A stretch of DNA of 36,949 nucleotides from Nitrososphaeria archaeon. GTDB lineage: Archaea; Thermoproteota; Nitrososphaeria; Conexivisphaerales; UBA164. Positions 8,401-16,350 of the stretch are shown here, one piece after another. Location of the stretch: NCBI GenBank assembly GCA_049965895.1, contig JBMFVR010000002.1, positions 1 through 36,949 of the forward strand, given 5' to 3'. The notes below the pieces were generated by a model that was not told the origin of the DNA, ran no database searches, and saw nothing but the letters and a program-made list of their open reading frames with translations. Both the position numbers and the translations under genes were made by a program. The first letter of the stretch is position 1. Every line of letters starts with the position of its first letter.

Positions 8401-9615
8401 ATGATTATTAGAATGGACAATCCGATAGTGGAAATGGATGGTGATGAAATGACTAGGGTTATGTGGTCTTGGGTCAAGGAAAGCCTTCTGGCCCCTTACG
8501 TGGATCTTAAAACCGAATATTATGACCTTCATGTAAAACACAGGGACGACACTGACGACAGAGTGACATATGAGGCGGCAGAAGCTGTCAAAAGGTTGAA
8601 GGTAGGTGTTAAGTGTGCCACCATAACCCCAAACGCTGAAAGGGTGAAGGAGTACAACCTGAAAAGGGAATGGCCCAGCCCTAATGCAACCATCAGAAAG
8701 GTACTTGATGGAACAATATTCAGGGCGCCCATTGTCATGAGCAATGTAGTGCCTGCGGTCAGGTTCTGGAAAAGGCCAATCGTAATAGCTAGGCACGCTT
8801 TTGGAGACATATATGATGCAGCTTCCCTCAGGTTTGAGACAGCCGGTGAAGCTGAGATACAGTTTAGGTCAGAAAGAGAGCACAAGTCAGTCAAGCTGCC
8901 AGCCCTGAAGGGGGCAGGAGTGATAGAGGCAAAGTACAACATCGATAGTTCAATTTACGGTTTTGCCAGGGCCTCATTTAATTATGCTCTTATGTATGGA
9001 ATGGACCTGTGGTTCGCCACGAAGGACACCATATCGAAAGTTTACGACGCAAGGTTCAAGCAGATATTCCAGGAGGTGTTTGATAGAGAATTCAGGCAGA
9101 AATTCGATGAAGCAAAAATTCATTACAACTATTTTCTGATAGATGATGCACTTGCAAGGTCAGTGAGGTCAGAGGGCGGGTTCGTTTGGGCATGCAAGAA
9201 CTACGAGGGTGACATAATATCGGACCTGGTTTCCACAGCATATGTTGGAACACTTGCGCTAATGACCTCAGAGTTAATGTCGCCAGAGGGATATTATGAA
9301 TCGGAGGCAGCACATGGGACTGTGCAGAGACACTATTACAGGTACCTTAAGGGTGAAAAGGTTTCTACTAATCCCACGGCAATAATATTTGCGTGGACAA
9401 GGGCGCTGAAAAGAAGGGCTGACCTAGATGGAAACAGGGAGCTTGCAGAGTTTTCCATGAAGCTTGAGGAGGCGGTAAAGGTTACCATTGAGAATGACAA
9501 AGTAATGACCCAGGACGTAGCAAACGTTGCAGAGAAGCCAGTTAGCGCTGTGGTAGATACTCAATCCTTCATTAAAGCAGTGAAGGAGAACCTGGACCGC
9601 CTTCTGAAACATTAA
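8401..9615 (+). CDS. icd: NADP-dependent isocitrate dehydrogenase, subfamily II (eukaryote-like)
   Basis: IVEMDGDEMTRVMW, KCATITPN, GGFVWACKNYEGD and STNPTAIIFAWTRAL closely parallel the IDH1/IDH2-type sequences I recall. Start candidates are TTG 8395, ATG 8401 and ATG 8413. The TATA-like CCTTAAATTTGG at 8366-8377 favours 8401. Confidence 0.88.
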   Translation: MIIRMDNPIVEMDGDEMTRVMWSWVKESLLAPYVDLKTEYYDLHVKHRDDTDDRVTYEAAEAVKRLKVGVKCATITPNAERVKEYNLKREWPSPNATIRKVLDGTIFRAPIVMSNVVPAVRFWKRPIVIARHAFGDIYDAASLRFETAGEAEIQFRSEREHKSVKLPALKGAGVIEAKYNIDSSIYGFARASFNYALMYGMDLWFATKDTISKVYDARFKQIFQEVFDREFRQKFDEAKIHYNYFLIDDALARSVRSEGGFVWACKNYEGDIISDLVSTAYVGTLALMTSELMSPEGYYESEAAHGTVQRHYYRYLKGEKVSTNPTAIIFAWTRALKRRADLDGNRELAEFSMKLEEAVKVTIENDKVMTQDVANVAEKPVSAVVDTQSFIKAVKENLDRLLKH

Positions 9616-9680
9616 AATTAAAAATTTTACCTCTTCATGAAGGGCAAAGTTTTCCGCTCACTTAAGTCAGATAGATAAGG

Positions 9681-9690
9681 TTATATTTAA
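9681..9690 (+). promoter_or_regulatory. TATA box (TTATATTTAA) positioned for ATG 9710
   Basis: Centred about 25 nt upstream of ATG 9710. This supports 9710 as the original start of the MFS gene. Confidence 0.5.
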
Positions 9691-9863
9691 GTGATTAATA
9701 TTAAATACGATGGCAAAGGTAACTGACATTCTAAAAAAATTCACATGTAAGGTGGGCAATAACTTTTCTGGTATTTATTGCAATTGCAATAAATTACATT
9801 GACAGGATAATATGGGTTCTGGCAGAACCAAAATTTGCTCAGACTTTTGGCTGGTATTCAGGT

Positions 9864-11108
9864 GTGGGTTCACTTCCACCAGTTGCTATAAATAATATAA
9901 GCCTAATATTGTTCATCTGGTCAATGTCATACGCGTTGTTCAACTTTCCAGGTGGATGGATATCTGATAAGTTGGGCTTGAGGAAGGCTATGGCAACCTT
10001 CTTTGCAATATGGTCAGTATTTACAGCAGCAACAGCTGCAACATTCAACTTCATATCAATGGCTGTTGTCAGGGCAATAATGGGGGCAGGTGAAGGGCCG
10101 GTTTGGCCTTTAAATGCAAAGAACGCAAAGACCTGGTCCAATCAGAAGGAGGAATCCACAATGTATACACTCGCTGGGTCAGGACAGGCCATGGGTCCCA
10201 TCATAGCGGCGCTAGTTGGTTCCTTTCAGATAGTTTACTGGGGATGGCAGATAACGTTTCTATTTTGGGGAATTGTAGGTCTGATATTTGCGGCTATTTG
10301 GTACTTCTATGTAAGGGACACTCCGCAGACCCATCCGCACATTGCTCAAAGGGAACTGCAGTATATTGAGAGCTCTAGGGGGAAGCCTAAAGAGCAAGCT
10401 GGCTCTATCCTCTCAACAAAGGATACGTGGCTCATTTCAGCAAAACTGATCTTTACAACTTGGGCAGGAATAGGGGAACTACTGATCTTTATATCCTTTG
10501 GTTACATACTGTTCACAGTGCTGTATTGGATACCACCATACTTCTACGGTTCATTTCTTCATTCAGTGGCAAAAACTGGGCTGTATGTAGGTGCAGTTGA
10601 TTCAGCACTCCTCCTTGGTTATCTTGCTTCAGGACCAGTAAATGACGGTCTTTCCAGAAGGCTTGGAACAGTGATGGGAAGAAGGCTGGGATCTCTTGTT
10701 CCAATGGCCTTGATGCTACTGTTTGTGGCCATATCATACTATACCGGAATGGCAAGAGAACTCGTTCCAACAGTTTTACTGCTAGCTGCTGGCGCAGGCT
10801 TGATGAATATAACGGTAGGGTCATGGGCCGTCAACGCGTTTACAATATCTCCACCGGAAACTAGCGCAACAGTGTACGGTGTTTACAATGGAATTCTGAA
10901 CATAATGGGCGCATTTAATTCTCTAATACTTGGATGGATAGTGATACATATAGGGTTCACTGCTGCAATATCTAGCATGGTATTTTTCATGGCCATGTTC
11001 ATAGCAGCTTATTTGATTTTTATCAGGCAGAAGACATTTGATGATGCGATAGCTAAAGGCAAAAAGATGTTTGACGAAGCAGCAGAAAGAAAGAACAAAA
11101 GCGCTTAA
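9864..11108 (+). CDS. MFS transporter (anion:cation symporter-like). The listed ORF lacks TM1; the original start is probably ATG 9710, disrupted by a frameshift
   Basis: Multi-TM ORF containing GGWISDKLGLRK. The same frame stays open upstream to 9735 and encodes NSHVRWAITFLVFIAIAINYIDRIIWVLAEP (TM1 plus the YIDR motif), with no start codon. ATG 9710 is in a different frame. Confidence 0.8.
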   Translation: MGSLPPVAINNISLILFIWSMSYALFNFPGGWISDKLGLRKAMATFFAIWSVFTAATAATFNFISMAVVRAIMGAGEGPVWPLNAKNAKTWSNQKEESTMYTLAGSGQAMGPIIAALVGSFQIVYWGWQITFLFWGIVGLIFAAIWYFYVRDTPQTHPHIAQRELQYIESSRGKPKEQAGSILSTKDTWLISAKLIFTTWAGIGELLIFISFGYILFTVLYWIPPYFYGSFLHSVAKTGLYVGAVDSALLLGYLASGPVNDGLSRRLGTVMGRRLGSLVPMALMLLFVAISYYTGMARELVPTVLLLAAGAGLMNITVGSWAVNAFTISPPETSATVYGVYNGILNIMGAFNSLILGWIVIHIGFTAAISSMVFFMAMFIAAYLIFIRQKTFDDAIAKGKKMFDEAAERKNKSA

Positions 11109-11971
11109 ATCATTTTTTCTTTTTTCAGTTTCTGTTCAAGGTCCTTTATTTCCTGTTCTGAAAGTTCCTCTGATCTGTTGAACGTGTTACCGAAGTCATT
11201 GCCGGCAAGCTTTGCTGCCTCCCTGTAGCCAGCACTGAAACCGTATGATTTCAGCAATCCCCTCACCCTGTTGATCTTGATCTGCAGCTCAAGTCCCTTC
11301 TTCATGTCATTTTCCTCCATGCTTTTAACCAGATCCAGGACCAGCTTTGGAAATACGTTTATTATCAGCGATACAATTCCCTTTCCGCCAAGAGTGTATG
11401 TGGTGTAAATCAGGGAGTCACTCCCGGCAAGCAACGTTGATTTTTCCGGAAATTCATCAACAACTTCCTGAAGGTGGCCTATGTCCTTTGTGCTGTCCTT
11501 GTAGCCAGCAAACTCATCCTGTTTAAGCAATGATACTACCTGTGCTGGCGTAAGCAGATTGCCAAGCTGTCTCTCATTGTACAGTATCAGGGGCAGGGGT
11601 GACTTTGAGGCAATTTCCTTGAGGTAATCGACTGGCTTCTTGACAGGATATATGGGATGCTGCGTTATAACCGCATAGCTTGCCCCTGCATCCTTTGCGT
11701 GCTTTGCCAGCTCAATAATGGAATCCGGGTGATACGATGTAATTACCACAGAAATTTCGTTTTTGCTTTTGGCGACATCGATGACTGATTCTAGCACCCT
11801 TTTCCTCTCCTGCACGGTGAGCACAAGCGCTTCTGCCCCTATCCCGTTAACCATGAACCCCTTCACTCCTCTGTCCTGCAGCCAGTTTATTGCTCCTTTC
11901 AATCTGCTGTAATCAACACTTCCCTTCTGGTCAAACGGCACGTAAGGTTCAGAAATTCCTCCCTTTATCAT
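11105..11971 (-). CDS. DHDPS/N-acetylneuraminate lyase family class I aldolase (substrate unknown)
   Basis: 288 aa with GFMVNGIGAE and the Schiff-base lysine context AGYKDST. The TATA-like GTTTATATTT (reverse complement of 11994-12003) lies 27 nt upstream of ATG 11971. Confidence 0.75.
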   Translation of the reverse strand: MIKGGISEPYVPFDQKGSVDYSRLKGAINWLQDRGVKGFMVNGIGAEALVLTVQERKRVLESVIDVAKSKNEISVVITSYHPDSIIELAKHAKDAGASYAVITQHPIYPVKKPVDYLKEIASKSPLPLILYNERQLGNLLTPAQVVSLLKQDEFAGYKDSTKDIGHLQEVVDEFPEKSTLLAGSDSLIYTTYTLGGKGIVSLIINVFPKLVLDLVKSMEENDMKKGLELQIKINRVRGLLKSYGFSAGYREAAKLAGNDFGNTFNRSEELSEQEIKDLEQKLKKEKMI

Positions 11972-12164
11972 TAAATTAATATGCTAAAATGAGAAATATA
12001 AACATGTTTGAATAAACGATTCATAATTTGTCTTGAGGGACTGTTTTTGAATAGTTCACGCTGTTCCTGAATTTTTGCCAGGTGTTAATCTACCTATTTC
12101 AATGGCCAGTGATACAACTGATATCAAAGCGCAAGGTCAATAAATTCAATTGTAGCGCCAAAAT

Positions 12165-12179
12165 ACCTATGTCACCCCC
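12165..12179. repeat. IS terminal inverted repeat, left copy
   Basis: The 15-nt ACCTATGTCACCCCC pairs with 13206-13220. Confidence 0.8.
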
Positions 12180-12224
12180 TCTGGCGCATGGTCAATGGGA
12201 AGCACTGCCTCCAATTTAAGCATT

Positions 12225-13199
12225 TTAACCGCTGTACCAACCTTCATCAACTGAATTATGATACCTTTCTGCCGGTATTGACCCTGTAGTTGAAACCCTT
12301 GCAGCATTGTTGTAGAAATCAAGATACACTGTGATGTTTTCATCTATATTCTTCATGTTGGTGCTCCTCCCAAGCCTGTGCTTCAGGAACCTCTTCAGCC
12401 CTTTCTGCATGTTTGATAATTTGCCCATTGTTTGAGGGTGATGGACGGAAGTCCAGATGTGAGTTCCTGTTATGTTCCTTTCACAGTACTTCTTCATGCT
12501 TGAATTTTTCCTGGAAAATTGAGAGCCATTATCTGTAAGTAGGTTATCATATTTTTCAGGATGGAGTTTTCCCATGGCATAAAGGACCCTTTCTTCACTC
12601 TGGTCAATCATGCTTGTAGCCCATCCCTTCCTTGAATTGTCATCTTCCATAGTCATCAGTGGAACACCATTGAAGTATGTAATATCAGCCTGCACAAGTT
12701 GATCAGGACTTCCCCATTCAAATGATTTGTACTCCTTCTGCAACCTTTTCTCTGCTTCAACTAGGCCATTTCTTGCCATGACATTGTAGCATGTAGTGTC
12801 ACTTACGCTCTTCCTGCCCTCAATTTCAAGCCCCCTATTCACTATAACAGCTATCCTTTCTGAACCAAATCCTGTTGCCTTCCTGACTTCAACAATCCTG
12901 TTCTCTACGTCTTCAGGGATCTTGTTTGGAGAAGTGTTTGGCCTTGTAGACCTCTTCCTCAACCCTTCAATGCCCTCCTCCATGAACCTTTTCACTATCC
13001 TCTGAAGCTGTCTCTTGCTTAAACCGAGTATATCTGCCGCTTCCTTCCTTGTTATCCTGAACACTTCAGGCGCCAAAGTCTTTGCTACAGCAAAGTACCT
13101 CTGCTTCACGTACTCTTCCTCACTGTTTATTAACGGGATGTGTGCATCGTCAAGATACACCTCCCCTCGCATGATGGTTGTCATTGATATCACCTCCAT
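12225..13199 (-). CDS. IS transposase (N-terminal HTH plus rve integrase-core domain)
   Basis: 324 aa. HTH-like ILGLSKRQLQRIVKRF. DDE-core landmarks VQADITYF and LLTDNGSQF, then HHPQTMGKLSNMQKGLK where IS481/IS3 enzymes have PQTNGKVERF. Confidence 0.8.
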   Translation of the reverse strand: MEVISMTTIMRGEVYLDDAHIPLINSEEEYVKQRYFAVAKTLAPEVFRITRKEAADILGLSKRQLQRIVKRFMEEGIEGLRKRSTRPNTSPNKIPEDVENRIVEVRKATGFGSERIAVIVNRGLEIEGRKSVSDTTCYNVMARNGLVEAEKRLQKEYKSFEWGSPDQLVQADITYFNGVPLMTMEDDNSRKGWATSMIDQSEERVLYAMGKLHPEKYDNLLTDNGSQFSRKNSSMKKYCERNITGTHIWTSVHHPQTMGKLSNMQKGLKRFLKHRLGRSTNMKNIDENITVYLDFYNNAARVSTTGSIPAERYHNSVDEGWYSG

Positions 13200-13205
13200 G
13201 CGTCG

Positions 13206-13220
13206 GGGGGTGACATAGGT
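13206..13220. repeat. IS terminal inverted repeat, right copy
   Basis: GGGGGTGACATAGGT is the reverse complement of 12165-12179. Confidence 0.8.
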
Positions 13221-13286
13221 CTATTGGTTTACCAGTTCACTGAAGCCTCATTTCAGAATAAACCATGGCAAATGATTTTCATAAAG

Positions 13287-13297
13287 CTTTATAATTT
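13287..13297 (+). promoter_or_regulatory. TATA box (CTTTATAATTT) for the channel gene
   Basis: Centred 27 nt upstream of TTG 13319. It lies between the right end of the IS and the gene. Confidence 0.45.
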
Positions 13298-13318
13298 GAA
13301 AAGAGTCAATCATGGCCG

Positions 13319-14383
13319 TTGAAAGGAGATAATAAGTACAAGGACACAAAAAAAGACAGGCTATACGATTTGGTTGAAAGCGTACTTTTTCAGCCATATG
13401 CCGTAATAAAGCACATATGGAAGCAGCTCGTTCTGCTGGGAGCAATGATTTCCTTTGGCGCAGCAATATTTATGAACTATCAGGCACTTGATCCACTCTC
13501 GGCCGTTGTTGCCTCAATATCCACAATATCCACAATAGGCTTGTATGCCCCGCCACTCAATACCATGCCAAGCCTTGAAAAGATACTGCTGATAGTTATA
13601 ATGATAGTGAGCGTGGGGTCCGCTGCGTCGATGGTTCAGGGTGTTGTCACCAGCGTTATCAAAAGGGAACTATGGACTGAGGACATAGACAAAATGAGGA
13701 TTCAGAGAATGTCAGGACACGTTATAGTGATGGGTTATTCCCAGATAGGCAGATACGTTGCCCAGAGGCTGATCGAAATGAATTACAAGTTCTGCGTTGT
13801 CACAAGGGTGAAGGAGAACGTTAAGGAGCTTCAGGAGCTGAACATACCATTCATTCTTTCTGACCTAAAATCGCCAGTTGAAGTTCTAACAATGGCAAAG
13901 ATATCTGATGCCACTGCCATAGTGCTGGCCCTTGAGAATGACGATACAAACATGCTTTACGCGCTTACCGCAAAGTTCATGAAAAATGGTATAAGGATAA
14001 TTTCAATCAACAATGACCACAAGCTAATGGATGGCATGAAAAAGGCGGGTATTGATGTGGTTCTGCCGATATACTTCATGGTTGGCAGCGTTGCCGCGTA
14101 CTCCGTAGCATCGGAACACGTGCTTGGCGCAATTCAGGGTGGCGACAGCAATATCTCGGGCAGGCACATAGTTCAGATTGATGTTAATAAGGGCTCAGAG
14201 CTTGATGGCGCGTCCCTGAAGGATATTCCAGTTGATGTTCTCATGATCATCAGGAATGGTGAGTTAATGAAGTATAATACACCTGACACACGGGTAATGC
14301 ACGATGACAAGCTGATCTGCCTGACAGACCACGATAGTATAAAGAAACTAAACGATATGAACGAGCGTCTTCGTGAACTTTAG
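13319..14383 (+). CDS. two-TM pore-loop cation channel with cytoplasmic RCK (TrkA-N/TrkA-C) domains, MthK-like architecture
   Basis: 354 aa. Layout is TM1, a pore loop ASISTISTIGLYAPP, TM2, a Rossmann-like HVIVMGYSQIGRYVAQRL, and a C-terminal TrkA-C-like segment. The start is TTG; no in-frame ATG precedes TM1. Confidence 0.75.
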   Translation: MKGDNKYKDTKKDRLYDLVESVLFQPYAVIKHIWKQLVLLGAMISFGAAIFMNYQALDPLSAVVASISTISTIGLYAPPLNTMPSLEKILLIVIMIVSVGSAASMVQGVVTSVIKRELWTEDIDKMRIQRMSGHVIVMGYSQIGRYVAQRLIEMNYKFCVVTRVKENVKELQELNIPFILSDLKSPVEVLTMAKISDATAIVLALENDDTNMLYALTAKFMKNGIRIISINNDHKLMDGMKKAGIDVVLPIYFMVGSVAAYSVASEHVLGAIQGGDSNISGRHIVQIDVNKGSELDGASLKDIPVDVLMIIRNGELMKYNTPDTRVMHDDKLICLTDHDSIKKLNDMNERLREL

Positions 14384-14419
14384 GAAAAGCTTTTATCCTT
14401 TTTTTACAGGAAAGCATTT

Positions 14420-15832
14420 ATGAATTCAACAGATGTTCTGCTGATAAATCCCCCGCAGAACGCTGAGCTTAAAACCCTTCTTGAACTTCATGGTCCTCCA
14501 ATGGCTTCAATGTATTTAGCAGGATATGTAAGGGCAAAAGGCTACACGCCGAGAATCCTGGACCTAGACATGGAAAACATGACAAGGGAACAGGTAGTAT
14601 CATATGTCAGTTCAGTATCGCCCAAGATAATAGGCATGACGGCTTTCACCTCAACAGTCAAGGTGGCTTACAGACTGCTTGCGGCAATAAAGAAGGCCGT
14701 GCCCAATGCACTGACGGTTATAGGTGGACCTCACGTAACCTTTCTTCCCGACGAAGCAGTTTCGCAGGAGGGTGTTGATGTGGCTGCGCTTGGTGAGGGG
14801 GAGGAAACCCTCAATGACTTGATTGGGGCTTATGAAAGTGGTAAGCCGCTGGACGATGTCAGGGGAATAGCATTTAAAAAAGGGGATCAGATGAAACTGA
14901 CCCAGCCAAGGCCGATGATCGAAAACTTGGACGAGGTGCCCTTCCCCGCAAGGGACCTGGTTTCCTACGAAAGGTACAGGTTCAACGGCGTGCTGGAGGC
15001 TCCCATAATGACCACTCGCGGGTGCACGTTCCGCTGCCAGTACTGCTCTTCCTCTGAAATGATGGGAAGGAGGTACAGGATGAGGAGCGTACAGAACGTA
15101 ATTGATGAGATAAGGGAAGTACAGGAAAAGTACCATGTAAGGGACATAGAATTCATAGACGATACGTTCACGCTCAACATGAAGAGGGCTTCACAGGTAA
15201 TGAGATCCATAGTAAATGAGAAGCTTGACATAAAGCTGGCACTTTCAAGCAGAGTAAATACGATAAATGAGGAACTCATGAATGATCTTAAGAATGGGGG
15301 AACGGCGAACATGTACTTTGGGGTTGAGTCAGGCTCTCAGAGGGTACTTGATCTTATGCAGAAGGGTATAAAGCTGGAGCAGGCTGTGAGTGCGGTGAAC
15401 CTGGCCAAGAAGTACAATGTTGGCGTGCTCTGTTCATACATAATTGGCTTCCCAGGCGAAACCCCTGAGGAAATGGATCAGACCATCAAGTTCTCGGTTA
15501 AGCTGAACTCAGACTATGCACAGTATTCAATATTAACCCCCTTCCCTGGTACCCCCATCTATTATGACTTGGACAAGAGGGGGCTCATAGCAACAAAGGA
15601 CTGGACGCTTTATACCGTGCTTCATCCGCTGGTAAAGTATGAGGCGTTTGGCTATTCTGCAAACCTTGTTGCTAGGAAACTGACAGATGCTTACAGAGTA
15701 TTCTATCTGAGATTAGGATATCTGGTAAAGAAGAGGTACATGTTCCCGCTGATAATTAAGACCATAAGGAGGAGCTTCAGGCTTGCAAGGATGATGGCCA
15801 AAGGATATGAAAGGGCAGTGCAGGCATATTGA
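14420..15832 (+). CDS. B12-binding-domain radical SAM protein (class B, COG1032-like)
   Basis: 470 aa. The N-terminal cobalamin-binding-like domain includes VLLINPP and IIGMTAFTS. The cluster motif is TTRGCTFRCQYCSS (CxxxCxxC). FGVESGS is also present. Confidence 0.85.
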   Translation: MNSTDVLLINPPQNAELKTLLELHGPPMASMYLAGYVRAKGYTPRILDLDMENMTREQVVSYVSSVSPKIIGMTAFTSTVKVAYRLLAAIKKAVPNALTVIGGPHVTFLPDEAVSQEGVDVAALGEGEETLNDLIGAYESGKPLDDVRGIAFKKGDQMKLTQPRPMIENLDEVPFPARDLVSYERYRFNGVLEAPIMTTRGCTFRCQYCSSSEMMGRRYRMRSVQNVIDEIREVQEKYHVRDIEFIDDTFTLNMKRASQVMRSIVNEKLDIKLALSSRVNTINEELMNDLKNGGTANMYFGVESGSQRVLDLMQKGIKLEQAVSAVNLAKKYNVGVLCSYIIGFPGETPEEMDQTIKFSVKLNSDYAQYSILTPFPGTPIYYDLDKRGLIATKDWTLYTVLHPLVKYEAFGYSANLVARKLTDAYRVFYLRLGYLVKKRYMFPLIIKTIRRSFRLARMMAKGYERAVQAY

Positions 15833-15865
15833 GGGGCTCATAATTGGTGTCAAAAATCATCTGTC

Positions 15866-16204
15866 ATGTATACCAGCTTAATTCATCGCCCTGTATTAAT
15901 CGCAATGGGTGATATATTGGTTTTGCCTAAAAATGAGCAGGTTTATGTAAAGAAGTATATCTTCAGCCCTTCTAAGGCTGTATTTTACGTTGTGATGGGG
16001 AGCACAGGCGACCATTTTACAACCGAGCACTTCTGCACCTGTAATGACTTTAATTTCAGGAAAAAGGCAGAGGGCTGCATACACATGAAGGCGCTAAAAA
16101 AGGCAATCAAGGATAAAAGTTACGTGGCTTTCAACTTTTCCGATGATGAACTCAGACAAGTTTTTAAATATGAACTTATGGAAGCTGTATTAGTGCCCCG
16201 ATAG
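15866..16204 (+). CDS. small SWIM zinc-finger protein
   Basis: 112 aa. FCTCNDFNFRKKAEGCIHMKAL fits the CxCx(n)CxH SWIM signature. The last 10 nt overlap tRNA-Thr. Confidence 0.6.
   Translation: MYTSLIHRPVLIAMGDILVLPKNEQVYVKKYIFSPSKAVFYVVMGSTGDHFTTEHFCTCNDFNFRKKAEGCIHMKALKKAIKDKSYVAFNFSDDELRQVFKYELMEAVLVPR
16161..16170 (+). promoter_or_regulatory. TATA box (TTTTTAAATA) for tRNA-Thr, embedded in the SWIM ORF
   Basis: Centred about 29 nt upstream of tRNA position 1 (16195). Confidence 0.45.
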
Positions 16205-16268
16205 CTCAGTCGGCCAGAGCGACTGCCTTGTAAGCAGTAGGTCGCGGGTTCAAGTCCCGCCCGGGGCT
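16195..16268 (+). tRNA. tRNA-Thr (anticodon UGU), no encoded CCA
   Basis: Cloverleaf folded by hand. Acceptor GCCCCGA/CCGGGGC has an A7:C66 mismatch. D arm GCTC-AGTCGGCCA-GAGC. Anticodon arm ACTGC-CTTGTAA-GCAGT. Variable loop AGGTC. T arm GCGGG-TTCAAGT-CCCGC. Discriminator T. Confidence 0.9.
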
Positions 16269-16270
16269 AA

Positions 16271-16275
16271 TTTTT
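16271..16275 (+). terminator. T5 tract immediately 3' of the tRNA
   Basis: TTTTT starts 3 nt after the discriminator base. Confidence 0.45.
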
Positions 16276-16350
16276 AAAATGTATTTAGAATAAATTTTGG
16301 TGTGCGTTGCAATGCATTAATGGGAGCAAACCTTTGTGGATCAAATGCAC

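Larger units (their letters stand above)
12158..13227 (-). mobile_element. insertion sequence, about 1.06 kb, single rve-type (IS481/IS3-like) transposase with imperfect terminal inverted repeats
   Basis: ACCTATGTCACCCCC at 12165-12179 is the exact reverse complement of 13206-13220. Weaker matches extend outward (CCAAAATA vs CCAATAGA) and inward (GCATGG). The transposase ORF fills the interior. No clear target-site duplication is visible. Confidence 0.8.

Noticed and set aside
9733-9739. A_AAA_AAA as a programmed -1 ribosomal frameshift site in the MFS gene.
   Set aside because: A -1 shift lands in a frame that stops almost immediately (ATT CAC ATG TAA). Only a +1 shift or loss of one A joins the two parts, so classical -1 PRF does not explain the arrangement.
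12091-12105. TACCTATTTCAATGG, which resembles the outer 7 nt and an inner 7 nt of the left IS end, as a possible solo or deleted inverted repeat about 70 bp outside the IS.
   Set aside because: Only two short blocks match, in AT-rich DNA. There is no partner repeat, so this is compatible with chance.
13312-13332. ATG 13312 as an alternative start for the channel gene.
   Set aside because: It is in a different frame and terminates after 6 codons (MAVERR). The channel frame has only TTG 13319 ahead of TM1.
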